From NCBI GenBank assembly GCA_963793865.1, contig CAWCBP010000008.1, positions 576,001 through 640,000 of the forward strand: a DNA stretch of 64,000 bases. The letters run 5' to 3'. The stretch is from an uncultured delta proteobacterium (lineage in GTDB: Bacteria > Desulfobacterota > WTBG01). Within the stretch, counting starts at the first letter, position 1; each line of letters starts with the position of its first letter. The position numbers were made by a program, and so were the translations under genes. The notes beneath the pieces are model-generated. The model searched no databases. It saw only the letters and a program-made list of their open reading frames with translations, and was not told the origin of the DNA. Below, in pieces: positions 9,832-20,132 of this stretch.

Positions 9832-9881
9832 GCAGGAGCGCATTCATGCGCGATACATTCGCGGCTTAAAGCCGCTCCTAC
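9832..9881. repeat. REP family B doublet
   Basis: gcaggagcgc...gcgcga / tcgcggcttaaagccgctcctac; 6 loci in window. Confidence 0.8.
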
Positions 9882-9924
9882 CGGCCGGCACATATAATTT
9901 AATACAGAAAATGAAGTCTGATCA

Positions 9925-9952
9925 GTAGGGGCGACCGGCCGGTCGCCCCTAC
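9925..9952. repeat. REP family A
   Basis: perfect 28-bp palindrome gtaggggcgaccggccggtcgcccctac. Confidence 0.9.
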
Positions 9953-9967
9953 ATTCATATACGAAAC

Positions 9968-9992
9968 GGATTCCCGCTTTCGCGGGGATGAC
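9968..9992. repeat. GTC-type REP hairpin
   Basis: ggattcccgctttcgcggggatgac; related copy near 31432-31452. Confidence 0.6.
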
Positions 9993-9999
9993 AAACAGC

Positions 10000-10498
10000 T
10001 TAGGGTTGCTTTGAGAGAAGTGATGCAATGGAATTGACGATGGCGGTGGTGGAAACTCCCGCTGTCAGGGGCAGAGAAAGCACTTTTCCCCCGTATGACT
10101 CAACAATATCCCTGCCAACGATGGTATCTACCGTCCAGTCGCCCCCTTTAACCAGAATGTCCGGCTTTATGTGCCCGATGATTTCCCGCGGGTTGTCCTG
10201 ATCGAAAATGGTAACGTAGTCAATACAATCCAGGGCGGCAAGAACTTCGGCGCGCTCATCCTCGGGGACGATGGGGCGCGGGGTGCCTTTGAGCGCCCTC
10301 ACGGAGCGGTCGCTATTCAGGCCTACCACCAGAACATCGCCCAGGCTCCTCGCTTCCTTGAAGCACCTCACATGACCGACGTGCAGCAGATCATAGCAGC
10401 CGTTGGTGAAAACAATTATTTTACCTTCCTGCTTGTGTCGAGCGATGGCAGGAAGAAGCTCGTTCACGGTTTTTTATTTTAGCGGTTAAGGGAATCAT
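10000..10498 (-). CDS. rfaE2: D-glycero-beta-D-manno-heptose 1-phosphate adenylyltransferase; intact ORF 10000-10467, probable 5' frameshift
   Basis: [32 protein letters not shown] motifs; removing one A from an A6 run gives [15 protein letters not shown]. Confidence 0.9.
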
Positions 10499-10533
10499 TG
10501 CAATGTACTTGGATGGCGATGAGAACGCTAACT

Positions 10534-10561
10534 GTAGGGGCAACCGGCCGGTTGCCCCTAC
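10534..10561. repeat. REP family A with compensatory substitutions
   Basis: gtaggggcaaccggccggttgcccctac. Confidence 0.85.
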
Positions 10562-10665
10562 GAAATGAACCTTATTTCCGGACAACGGAATGATGTGCTG
10601 TGTTTTTCAACTAGATTTGGGAAATTATAAGCAGAAACGAACGGAGATGTCCAACTGAAAATTGA

Positions 10666-12474
10666 TCATTCGCTGGTAACCCGTAAGACCTCGCTGTAGG
10701 TGGTGACCCCTTTGAGCATGGCCCGGATGGCGTTTTCTCGGAGGGTGCTCATGCCTTCCTCCCGGGCGACCTTGGTAATGGCTTCCAGCGGTGTTTCCCT
10801 GCTGATCAGCTTTCGCGCGCGCTCGGTTATGGAGAAGACTTCAAAGACGCCCACCCGGCCCTTGTACCCGGTCTTGCGGCACTGCAGGCAGCCCTTGCCT
10901 CTCTTTAGTTCTATTTCTCCGTCATCATTCCCCGCGCCGAGACCCAGGCTGGCAAGCTCATCCTTTGTGAGGGTCACGCTCTCGATGCAGCTGGGGCAGA
11001 TTCTCCTCACCAGTCTTTGCGCAATCACCCCTATCAGGGTCGCGTTGATCAAAAAGGGTTCCACACCCAGGTCGATGAGGCGGGTTATGGATGATACCGC
11101 GTCGTTGGTATGCAGGGTGCTCAGGACAAGATGGCCGGTGAGCGCGGCTTGGATGGCGTTTTCAGCAGTCTCCAGGTCCCTGATTTCGCCCACCATGATG
11201 ATGTCCGGATCCTGGCGGAGGATATTTCGCAGGATGCTGCCGAAGGTGATGCCCACCTGGGGCTGAACGGCTATCTGGTTGAAATCCTGGTGCACCATTT
11301 CGATGGGGTCCTCGATGGTGGTGATGTTCAGCTCCGGTGTGGAAAGAAATCGGAGCGATGAATAGAGGGTGGTGGTCTTTCCGCTTCCGGTGGGGCCGGT
11401 CACCAGAATAATTCCGTGGGGATGCTTGAGAAACGAATGGTAATTGATCAGGTCCATGGGTAAGAAACCCAGCTCTTCCAGGTTCTGAAAAAGCACGTCG
11501 GGATTGAGCACCCGCAGCACCACTTTTTCCCCGAATGCCACCGGGATGGTCGACACGCGCAGCTCGGCCTCCTTCCCCTCGTAGGATACTTTCATCCGGC
11601 CGTCCTGCGGCTTTCTTTTCTCGGCGATATTGAGGCGGGAGAGACTCTTGATCAGCGAGACAATGGCCGGGTACACGCCCTTGGGGAGCGAGTAGATGGG
11701 ATACAAGACGCCGTCAATTCTCAGGCGGCAGGTGCCGAAATCTCTTTTGGGCTCAATGTGAATATCGCTGGCCCGCTGCTCAAATGCATAGTGCAACAGG
11801 TAGTCCACCGCCTTTTTCACGTGCTGGTCGGTTGATTCAATTTCCTGGCCTGACCGCAGCTTCATATACTGTTCCAGGTTTCCCAGGTCCACCAGCGGTG
11901 CATCCAGCTCTTTTTCTGCGGCAACGATGGATGATTTGAAGCCGTAAAACTCGGCGATGATTTTCAAAATGTCCGCTTTGGTGCTGACCACGGGAGAGAC
12001 ATGGAACCTGCTTACCTGTTGTATGTCATTCAGGGCCTCGTGGTCGAGCGGATTATACATGGCCATCACCAGCTCGCCGTTTTCCAGGGAGAGGGGCACC
12101 ACCAGGTTTTTGAGCGCGAACGGCTTGGCGATGGTTTTGGTAACCACGTCGAGATCGAGCTCAAGCGCGTTTATCTTTTTAAAGGGAAGATGCACATAAT
12201 CGGCGAAGGCGCGCATGATGGCTTCTTCCGTCAGCTCCTCCTGCGTATCGGGCGTTTTAAGCTTCATGGAGCTGACGATGTCTATGGCGGTGATCTCATG
12301 GCTGTCACCATCGAGCGAGAGGCTGTCAATCTGCTTGATGGCCGCGATCCGGGACAGCCGCGCCCGCTGCTCATGTTCCTGGGAAACAATCTGCTTTTTC
12401 TGAGCCGGGGAAATGAGCTGCTGGTCCAGAAGCATAGTGCAGAGAGGCTCAATTTTCATGCATGGTGAGGTCAT
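10666..12474 (-). CDS. PilB/GspE-family assembly ATPase (start uncertain, 12459-12561)
   Basis: ASDIHIEP, PQDGR, GPTGSGKTTT, TIEDPIE, LRQDPDIIMVGEIRD, TGHLVLSTLHTND, Zn-binding CxxC pairs. Confidence 0.92.
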   Translation of the reverse strand: MTSPCMKIEPLCTMLLDQQLISPAQKKQIVSQEHEQRARLSRIAAIKQIDSLSLDGDSHEITAIDIVSSMKLKTPDTQEELTEEAIMRAFADYVHLPFKKINALELDLDVVTKTIAKPFALKNLVVPLSLENGELVMAMYNPLDHEALNDIQQVSRFHVSPVVSTKADILKIIAEFYGFKSSIVAAEKELDAPLVDLGNLEQYMKLRSGQEIESTDQHVKKAVDYLLHYAFEQRASDIHIEPKRDFGTCRLRIDGVLYPIYSLPKGVYPAIVSLIKSLSRLNIAEKRKPQDGRMKVSYEGKEAELRVSTIPVAFGEKVVLRVLNPDVLFQNLEELGFLPMDLINYHSFLKHPHGIILVTGPTGSGKTTTLYSSLRFLSTPELNITTIEDPIEMVHQDFNQIAVQPQVGITFGSILRNILRQDPDIIMVGEIRDLETAENAIQAALTGHLVLSTLHTNDAVSSITRLIDLGVEPFLINATLIGVIAQRLVRRICPSCIESVTLTKDELASLGLGAGNDDGEIELKRGKGCLQCRKTGYKGRVGVFEVFSITERARKLISRETPLEAITKVAREEGMSTLRENAIRAMLKGVTTYSEVLRVTSE

Positions 12475-12556
12475 GGTGGCACTCAGTGTGGAAATATTCT
12501 TGATTCTCCCTTGTCCCTTTACTTTCTCCGCCAAATCCGTGTTGTAATTATTGCGG

Positions 12557-12648
12557 GTCATTGCGAGCGACCGTGAGGGAGCGCGGCAATCTCAATATTT
12601 ATTATCCATTATGAGATTGCTTCGGTCGTTTCTCTCCCTCGCAATGAC
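12557..12648. repeat. REP family C element
   Basis: gtcattgcgag...gcaatctc / gagattgc...ctcgcaatgac nested inverted repeats; second copy at 62973-63063. Confidence 0.8.
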
Positions 12649-12805
12649 ATATGACGTAGACCCATCGAGGAGAAAGATGGGTGAAGAGAAAAAGGTAGTA
12701 AAATAATAAATCTCTGATTCACCTGCGCAAGGATCTAACCCTGCAAGATACGTGGCACACCTGATTCTCTATCGGATGCTTACCGGGTAAAGCTTTAGGC
12801 ATTTC

Positions 12806-15800
12806 CTATTCTTCCCGCCATGATTCCATGCCGCTTTGCACCTTAAGGGGCGGGGTGAGGGGAAGGATTTCAAGGGCTGTCCCGCTTGAAGGGAGCACCA
12901 GGGTGCCGGTTTTGCCCAGGTGCACGGCCGGCGCCTCAAACACGGACGCGCCCAAGGCGATCTTTTTTTGCATTGCCTCATGGGGATCACGCTGCCCGTC
13001 CCCGCTGTAGACAGGGTTCTCGGTGGAAGGAAGGAAGAGGGGTTTTATCCAGGCGGTGCCCGTTTTGTAGTAAAGCGTATAGAGGATGCTCAGGTCTTGT
13101 GTACCGCACGGATCGGGGTCCGGGGTGAAGCTGGTAAAACTCAAAACTCCTCCCAAAAGTGCCGGTTTGCTGAGCACCCGCTCGCCCGGAGACAGGGTCA
13201 GGTACCAGCCCTGTCTTCCCTCAATCTCATGTTCCAGGTCATTAAAGGTGGTGATGGTCGTGCCGCCGATCGTGCCATCGCGGTACACGGTGACCGGGCT
13301 TGCATCGTACAGTTGATCCAAAGTGACTGCATCCCTGCAATCCCCTCTGTAGCAGGGATCTTTTAAGCCCGCAAACAGATGTACTCTCGACTCGCGCGCG
13401 CGGTCAAAAAAGTCAAAGTATCTGCCGGTACCGATAAAAACCCACAGATTGTTGTTGCCGTCTAATGAAACGCCGGGGGCCGCGGTCACCGGATGCGGGG
13501 TGCTGAAAAGCAGGGAGGCATTCCATGCAGCGGGATCCGTGGAGTAAGGCCACGGATCATTTACAGTGCACGCCGCGCCGGAACAGACTTTGGTGGAAAG
13601 CCGGCGCACGCATCCCTGCCACTCGTCACCGGCCAGGAACGATTCCCCCACGTAAATAACGTCGGTGTTAAAATCAAGGTTTGCGTCGACACTGACCGGA
13701 CTACCGGTAAATCCGGGCGGGCCTTCCCCGCCCATGATGCGGACAAGCTCGCCGGTCTTAAGGTTAACCACGAAGAGACGCGCGGGTTGCGTGCTGTTGC
13801 CGCGGTAGTCCGTGGGCCCGGAACCGAAGATCACAAACCAGTTGTCGTCATCGGGCCGGGTAAATCCTCCCTGCGCTTCAACCCGGACGATGCAGGGATA
13901 GCCGGTGGTAAAGCCCAGCGAAGGGTGGGTGAACTCCCACAGCAGCCGGGGACGATCCGGTACGGTTACGTCAAGAGCGAAATAGGCGGATCTGAAAAGG
14001 CGTGATTCATTTCCCGAGCCGAAATCATCTGAGACCTCAATGGTTCCGCCTCCCAGGCCCATGCCGCCGATGAGGATTGTGCCCCATCCATGAGGGTGAT
14101 CGCCGTCCATGGCATTTCCCGCGCTGTCGGCAAAGATCCGCGCGTCCGCCAGTTTCGGCTTCAGGTCAACATAGTCCACATGAGTATAATTTTTTTTGGT
14201 TAACCAAATCAGGTGGGGAAGCAGGGACTGGGGAATGTATGCCCAGCGCTCGTCGCCGATGTCCAGCCCGGCAGTGGAATCTGTGTCATACCATCCCCGT
14301 TCCTCTTTGTCGGCAGTTGCCGGGTTGTCACCCGGATGGGAGATGCCTCCGGTAAAAGCGTGAAGCATTCCGTCGTTGGCACCCGCGAACACGGTGAGAG
14401 GCCGCCCCTTCCACCTGCTGAGGTATGCCTCGTACCCTTCGTCCCCATAGATGATGTGATAATTCTCGAGGGGCTCTTTCACTATGGCGGGAGTAGACCG
14501 GACAATGTCTCCCAGCTTCCATACCATCTCCGGCGGCCCGGCTTCTGCCGTCCGGTTCCTGAAGCCTTCAATTGCTTCTCCCCTGATATACCTTATGATA
14601 TCAACGGCCTCACTCTGATCGTGTGCCCCCAGGAACGGCCTGAGCAGCGCGGCGTTCTCAGGAATGAAGTCCAGGTATTCTCCTGCATCGGCAGCACCAT
14701 TGCCATTGATGTCGACAAAGGTCAAAATTGTTCTTCCTGCCGCGATCCTCATGGCAAGCTTTTCACCTGCCTCCCAGAGCGGGCGGATGGCGGTGAGGGG
14801 AACCACTGCATCCGGCACATCACGGTCCGCCCTGCCGTCCCCATCATCATCGCCAAAAAGGCATGCATGGCCTTCGGTGCCATCTCCCTCCGGGGAAAAC
14901 CTGATGATGCGGTCGCGATCGTGGACGAGCGCCCTGTCTCCGTCGCTGTCCTCGCGAATATTTCCGAATGAATCAACCCAGAGGGCACGGAGAAAGCCTC
15001 TCCAGGTGTTTGTCGGCTCTTCCGGGGAAATGGATGGCTGAAAAAAAGCCTGGAAAAGGGTCCCTTCATCCTGAAATGACTGTGAGCTGATGGCGGGCCC
15101 GCTGCAGGAGATGCTGCCGGCGAGAATGCGCACCGAAGCCTGCAGCAGTTTATCTCCGAGCAGGGAGGCGTCGCCTGCCTCATAGCAGGTGTCGGGTAGC
15201 CCGTTCCCATCGCTGTCCCATTCCCCGGTTGTGTCGGGTCGGCCGTTGCCGTCGAGGTCGACAAAACCGCCGTTGCGGGCGGCGTCGCGCAGAAGTCCGG
15301 AACCGGATCCAAACGCGGAGATGGTAAAAAGGGTGATGCTTTGCGTTCCATCGCTTCCTGCATCTCCGCGCAAATCGGCCGTGTGAGCCCACAGCGCAAT
15401 ATCGTCAAGGAAGTCGGAACCCTCTTCCACCGAACCCGGGGTATCGTTGCCGTCGGCGTCGTAATCGCGAAGGCTTGCCGTCTCCCCGGTTGGTGGATTT
15501 TGCGGTATCCCCTGATCGTGCGTTGATTCCCCGTCGGAAATTAAAATGATAAATGATGGAGTACAGGGAACCGTCTCCGCAAAATCCCTCATGAAGAACG
15601 GGTCGTTTTGGTTGCCCGCCATGTAGTCAGGAGGTGTGTGAGGATACGCGGGCGGAATCTGCATGAAATAGCTGACCGCCTCAAAGAGCGATTCTGCCAA
15701 AGGCGACCAGGGAACAAGCGGAGCGTTTTCGATACTACTGACAAGGTTCGGCAGTTCATCGCCGACAGGATTGGCAATCCTGCCCCCTTCTCCATCCTGG

Positions 15801-16502
15801 TTGAAGAGGAGCAATCCCAGGCGTGCCCTTACGGCCAGACTGTGCAGCAGACCGCTGATCTCACCCGACCTGAAATCATCCGGTTCGTGGAGCTGCTCTT
15901 TGACGACCCGGATGGTAAGCTGCAGCATGTTCTCTGCGATGGGATCAGGCGTGCCGCCGACATAGATGCTCCCATCGGCCAGCCCGAAGAAAACCGGTGA
16001 TGAAGGATTCATCCCGAGTTCCTCCGGCAGCGGATACAGCAGGCCGGCACCGGCAGCATAGGCTTTGATGATTTCGTAACCGTCATCTCCGTCCCCTTCG
16101 CCCACCAGGTGACTGACACCGCTGTTGTTGCGGGTGCCGGTTACGGTCTTTCCCCCGACCAGCACCTTGCGGACCAGGTCAATCCGCCTCATGGTGAGCC
16201 AGTTGAGAAAATTTCCGTTCCAGCCGCCGGAGTCGCTGATGTAAAAGTATCCGCCGCCGGAATAGGAGTAAGCGGCAGAAGGTTTAAAGTAACCGTCATA
16301 GATGCGCTCCGGATTGAATTCGCCTTCGTAAGCCGCCCGGTTCATGCTGACGGAGTTGTCCAGCATCACCAGGATGTTGGGAGGGCACTTCCCGAATTGC
16401 AGTGAGAGGATAATGCGTGTAGTCGAGCAGGTTTTGGGCATGCAGACTCAGGGGAACAGCAAGAAACGCGAAAATCAGATTGGTGCTGATAATCTTTTTC
16501 AT
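12806..16502 (-). CDS. pilY1: PilY1/PilC pilus adhesin with a single-base frameshift near 16385
   Basis: vWA start PNILVMLDNS.SM; KLGDIVRSTP, AGANDGMLHAF, ERWAYIP, GTGRY motifs; signal peptide lies in another frame (16502-16385). Confidence 0.9.
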
Positions 16503-16542
16503 GGTGCGTTACACGGCATGCGAGCAATGTGACAGAGTGAAA

Positions 16543-17115
16543 TTACCATATGCTTCTGTACTCGCTGATTACGTGTGAGCAGGCACCGGCGCGAAGACAG
16601 CCCCTGCTCCTGATGGAAAACAATATCTTTTTACTGCCTTCTCCGCCGAAACCGGCTCCATCACTGGCCGAGGCAAATTCCGCCGATCCGCCGCCCAGGA
16701 GTGTGGATGCTGTTCGGTCCACATCAATTAACAGCGGCTGGTTGCACAGGCTGCCGCGGATATCCGGTGACGTTTCCGGGGAATCGGTTTGTCCGTCGTT
16801 TAAGGAGGCATTATCGGGGTAATAATCCATTACCTCGTTCTTCAGATTTGACGTCACGCTGAATCCCTGTCCGGTTTCAGCGCTCTGTTGCGCAATGGCC
16901 TCGATAATGCTGACCGCCACCGGATGTCCCGCGTCGGCCAGGTAAAAAGCATCCTTCATCATCCTCTGGTTGCGTGATATGTTCCGGTCCGTGACCACGA
17001 TTGAAATCGCCAGCGATCCCAGGAGCAGAAGGGCGGCAATGATAACCATGACGGTCACCATGAGCGCCCCCGTTTCCCGTTTCGAGCATGTTTTAGAGTG
17101 GTATGATTCATTCAT
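16543..17115 (-). CDS. pilX: PilX-like minor pilin
   Basis: ETGALMVTVMV hydrophobic N-terminus without Glu5; AFYLADAG. Confidence 0.8.
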   Translation of the reverse strand: MNESYHSKTCSKRETGALMVTVMVIIAALLLLGSLAISIVVTDRNISRNQRMMKDAFYLADAGHPVAVSIIEAIAQQSAETGQGFSVTSNLKNEVMDYYPDNASLNDGQTDSPETSPDIRGSLCNQPLLIDVDRTASTLLGGGSAEFASASDGAGFGGEGSKKILFSIRSRGCLRAGACSHVISEYRSIW

Positions 17116-17127
17116 CTGTTTACCGCG

Positions 17128-17151
17128 GCAGGAGCGGCTTTAGCCGCGAAT
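17128..17151. repeat. REP family B singlet
   Basis: gcaggagcggctttagccgcgaat. Confidence 0.75.
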
Positions 17152-17170
17152 TCATTCTCCCTGAATGCGC

Positions 17171-17908
17171 TTACAGCCCCAGATTCCTCGGTGTTATGGT
17201 TGTGGAGAGGGTCATCCTCCGGAAATGGTCGCCATGAATCGGATGGGTATAAAGAGTATCCGGCCGGGGCGTTTTAATGGTCATGGTTACTCTCACCGCC
17301 CTCAGGTATCGCCGTTCACCTTTCGTCGGCTGGTCGGTTAGAAGCATCTCTCCCAGCTCATCCGCAATGGAATCCCCGTCGTCGTCAAGATCATTATCAA
17401 TCCCATCATTATCGGCCAGTATGAAGTAGCTCATGCGCAGGTCCTCCATGTTTTCGGCCACAGACCGGGCGCCGCCCCCGGATCTCCAGCAATGGTTGGC
17501 ATTGTCCCATCTCCACAGCTGCCGAACCAGCTCACTGTCTCTTAGGGCATATCTCACGGTCTCCATGACCCCGTCGCCGTCGACATCGGAAGTGAAAGTA
17601 AAGGCGCCGGCAGTCGCTTCTTCTGCGTTCTCCTTTTCGCCATCAGTAAACACGGTGCCGGGCACATCACTCACAATGGAGACCTCCTTGAGCGTATATC
17701 CGGCCATCCTGATTTCCCTGACCATGATTTGTTCGCAGCTTCTCATTGTCTGATACATCTGTGCCAGATCATCCTGCAGCGAATATGATCTTCTCTCGAC
17801 GACGAACAGGTTATAAGCCCCGGCCACTACGGTGCTGCTTATGGCGACGGCGATCATCAGCTCAACCAGGGTCAGCCCCTGCGGGTGTTCTCGCAGCATG
17901 GATTTCAC
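17171..17908 (-). CDS. pilW: PilW-like minor pilin
   Basis: G|LTLVELMIA prepilin site; REIRMAGY; C-terminal PRNLGL. Confidence 0.85.
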   Translation of the reverse strand: MKSMLREHPQGLTLVELMIAVAISSTVVAGAYNLFVVERRSYSLQDDLAQMYQTMRSCEQIMVREIRMAGYTLKEVSIVSDVPGTVFTDGEKENAEEATAGAFTFTSDVDGDGVMETVRYALRDSELVRQLWRWDNANHCWRSGGGARSVAENMEDLRMSYFILADNDGIDNDLDDDGDSIADELGEMLLTDQPTKGERRYLRAVRVTMTIKTPRPDTLYTHPIHGDHFRRMTLSTTITPRNLGL

Positions 17909-17921
17909 GGGGTGAAGCTCC

Positions 17922-18076
17922 TAACAAGTTGTTAAAAAGTATTTTGCACAGGCAGTTCAAAAACATTCAGATGCAAGGCACGCGAAATCCTGAGGAATGA
18001 GTCGTACTTTCCCGTACGTCGCAATGACGAAGGGTGAGCGTAACGCAGCAGATGGGTGTTTTTGGACTGCCTGCTA
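17922..18076 (-). mobile_element. MITE-like element, copy 1
   Basis: about 155 bp, reverse-complement homolog of 27061-27215 and 63630-63786; terminal inverted repeats; TA on both sides. Confidence 0.8.
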
Positions 18077-18541
18077 CAGCACCGAAGCGAATGCAACACG
18101 TTTGTGACGCGGGCCCCAGGTTACGATTACGGCTACCGTTTTTCTCCCGGCACAGGGAGCGTTGTCAGCAACGTTCCAGAACCGCTTGTACGCAGGAAGC
18201 CGCATGTCTGAGGCCGCCGCTGTCCGTTCTGGTGCAACGATCAAATGGTCCTCCGCATGATCGGCCATAAGAGGATCGGTTACCTGTTTCAGGCCGCCGT
18301 TATTCCCCGGGTTTGTGTCAGAGAGGTCCGGGTGGTTCCCTGCAAGGGCTTTCAGCTCTTCCATTTTATCCTGGGCCAGGGTGACGGCGGTGGTTAAATA
18401 CCGGGAGTCGGTCAGCGTGCCGGAGGAGGAAATCTGCATGTGCACCAGTCCCGCGGTTGCCAGGCCAAGGATAACCATGGCGATGACAATCTCGATAAGG
18501 GTGAATCCTTTCTCCGGCGGCATGGATCTGTGACGGTTCAT
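18074..18541 (-). CDS. pilV: PilV-like minor pilin
   Basis: G|FTLIEIVIAM; AVTLAQDKMEELK; V.VTW. Confidence 0.85.
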   Translation of the reverse strand: MNRHRSMPPEKGFTLIEIVIAMVILGLATAGLVHMQISSSGTLTDSRYLTTAVTLAQDKMEELKALAGNHPDLSDTNPGNNGGLKQVTDPLMADHAEDHLIVAPERTAAASDMRLPAYKRFWNVADNAPCAGRKTVAVIVTWGPRHKRVAFASVL

Positions 18542-18939
18542 TTTTCAGGTGCTGCTTTTGCGTCATGCTTCTGCTGATTATTCATGTACAAAAAGTTCCT
18601 GAACCGCTTGATGTTGTTCCGGCATTCGGTGGCTGAGGCATACAGGCTGTCAAACTGATCCTGGGTGATATAGGTGCAGTCCAGGGCGCGGTAGAGCTGT
18701 GATTGCAGCTCGCTGCATGACCGCTGGGCATATCCCAGCGATCTGCTTACTTCGCTAGATGATCCGTTATCAAATCCTTTGGCAATGTTATCCATGATCG
18801 ATCCGCATGCCTTCCATGCCTGGTCCCTGAGGCTGAAATCCTTTCGCAGGTCGGTCTGGTTGATCGTGGCTGAGAGAGACTTGGACAGCTCCCGGGCCTG
18901 GTTCCAGCACGGCAATTCCTCAAAATTTTTGTAATTCAT
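18538..18939 (-). CDS. four helix bundle protein (23S rRNA IVP/Avd-like family)
   Basis: FEELPCWNQAREL, DFSLRDQ, SIMDNIAKGF, SCSELQSQLYRALD..YI. Confidence 0.85.
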   Translation of the reverse strand: MNYKNFEELPCWNQARELSKSLSATINQTDLRKDFSLRDQAWKACGSIMDNIAKGFDNGSSSEVSRSLGYAQRSCSELQSQLYRALDCTYITQDQFDSLYASATECRNNIKRFRNFLYMNNQQKHDAKAAPEK

Positions 18940-18949
18940 AGTTCCTCCT

Positions 18950-19450
18950 TTACCAGCTGTTGTCTATTCTTATTCTTCCCGTTGAGGAAGAGACCTTTAC
19001 CGAGCGGAGTTTCCCCTTGCTGTTTTTAAGATAGACACCGCCGCTTGAGGCAGTCCCTTGAGGGTTAAAGGCGATAATGCTGGTTCCGGATTGGTGTGTA
19101 CCCTGGTAGTCGGTGGCGTGATTGATCCAGACCTGATCCGGCAGCGGGTAAAACGTGCGGCGGGCCGCCCAGCTTTCTGAATCGCTGAAAGCATTGCCCT
19201 GCTCTAGCCGGTATCCCTGTGGGTTATTATCCAGGAAAAAACGCACGCGGTACTCTTTTCCCGCGGAGGCGGCGCACATCCGTGCATATTGCAGGGTTGC
19301 AAAAATGGCCCTGACCGTGCCGTTGAGCTTATAATCAGGCATGTTGTGGAACAGCGACGGCGCGCTCACGCTGGCCAGGACCGCTATTACGGCTATGACG
19401 ATCATTAATTCCACCAGCGTGAATCCCCGTCGTTTTGCCTGTGCATCCAT
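18950..19450 (-). CDS. FimT/GspH-family minor pilin
   Basis: G|FTLVELMIVIAVI; LQYARMCA; FNPQG; TGRIRI. Confidence 0.85.
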   Translation of the reverse strand: MDAQAKRRGFTLVELMIVIAVIAVLASVSAPSLFHNMPDYKLNGTVRAIFATLQYARMCAASAGKEYRVRFFLDNNPQGYRLEQGNAFSDSESWAARRTFYPLPDQVWINHATDYQGTHQSGTSIIAFNPQGTASSGGVYLKNSKGKLRSVKVSSSTGRIRIDNSW

Positions 19451-19492
19451 AGCAACCTCAGTCGCATCACATCCTGTTAGCATAAGCATGAG

Positions 19493-19509
19493 AGCATATT
19501 GCATGCCAA
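19493..19509 (-). promoter_or_regulatory. putative sigma54 promoter of the minor pilin operon
   Basis: minus strand TTGGCATGCAATATGCT, GG-N10-GC, about 45 bp before the fimT start. Confidence 0.6.
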
Positions 19510-19843
19510 GAGGAAACCCATCTCATGGCATTGCATTGTGGGAGTCATGCTGTCTAAAAGATAAGCCGGGGCTAGGGAAGATGTTTTCCAGTGATTTGAT
19601 TTTACGTGAGAATCACTGATTTAAAAAGATACAGGGTTTCAGGCTTTTTGGACAACCATGGGAATGGCAAGCGAGGCCTGTCGTGATGGAGGAAGGCATG
19701 TGTGATGTGAGAATTTGTTGGTTGCTTAAATAGTTATTTTGAGGCTGAAAATGACAATCTAAGGTAACAAAACATCATCTTTTTTGATGAATCGACGGGC
19801 AAATCAAATAGTTGACTTGGTCCGACCCCAATAGGATAAACTC

Positions 19844-19878
19844 TTGACAAATATCAGGGTATGACATAATGTAATACC
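19844..19878 (+). promoter_or_regulatory. TA promoter with palindromic operator
   Basis: TTGACA-17-TAATGT; GGTATGACA-taa-TGTAATACC palindrome over the -10. Confidence 0.6.
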
Positions 19879-19889
19879 GGAGGTGAGCC

Positions 19890-20132
19890 ATGAGTAAAAC
19901 AAAGATTGCCATTACATTAGACGAACAGTATATCGAACACATAGACCGGCTCGTGAAGGGGCAGGTGTTTCAAAATCGCAGTCAGGCTATTCAAAAAGCG
20001 GTAGAAGAGAAATTGAAGCGGTTGAAGCGTACCCGTTTGGCTCAAGAATGCGCGAAGCTCGATGCTGATTTTGAAAAGGCCATGGCAGAAGAAGGGCTGA
20101 CGGAGGATGTGAATAAATGGCCCGAATATTGA
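19890..20132 (+). CDS. ribbon-helix-helix antitoxin
   Basis: KIAITLD...IDRLV...NRSQAIQKAV; overlaps the toxin gene. Confidence 0.85.
   Translation: MSKTKIAITLDEQYIEHIDRLVKGQVFQNRSQAIQKAVEEKLKRLKRTRLAQECAKLDADFEKAMAEEGLTEDVNKWPEY

Noticed and set aside
12475..12561. N-terminal extension of the PilB/GspE ATPase
   Set aside because: The ATG comes from the REP family C end; a downstream start is more plausible
12740..12762. Sigma54 promoter for the ATPase gene
   Set aside because: Minus strand reads TGCCAC-N5-TTGC and lacks the invariant GG
18538..18939. DGR diversifying pilins through an Avd-like gene
   Set aside because: No reverse transcriptase or TR/VR pair in the window
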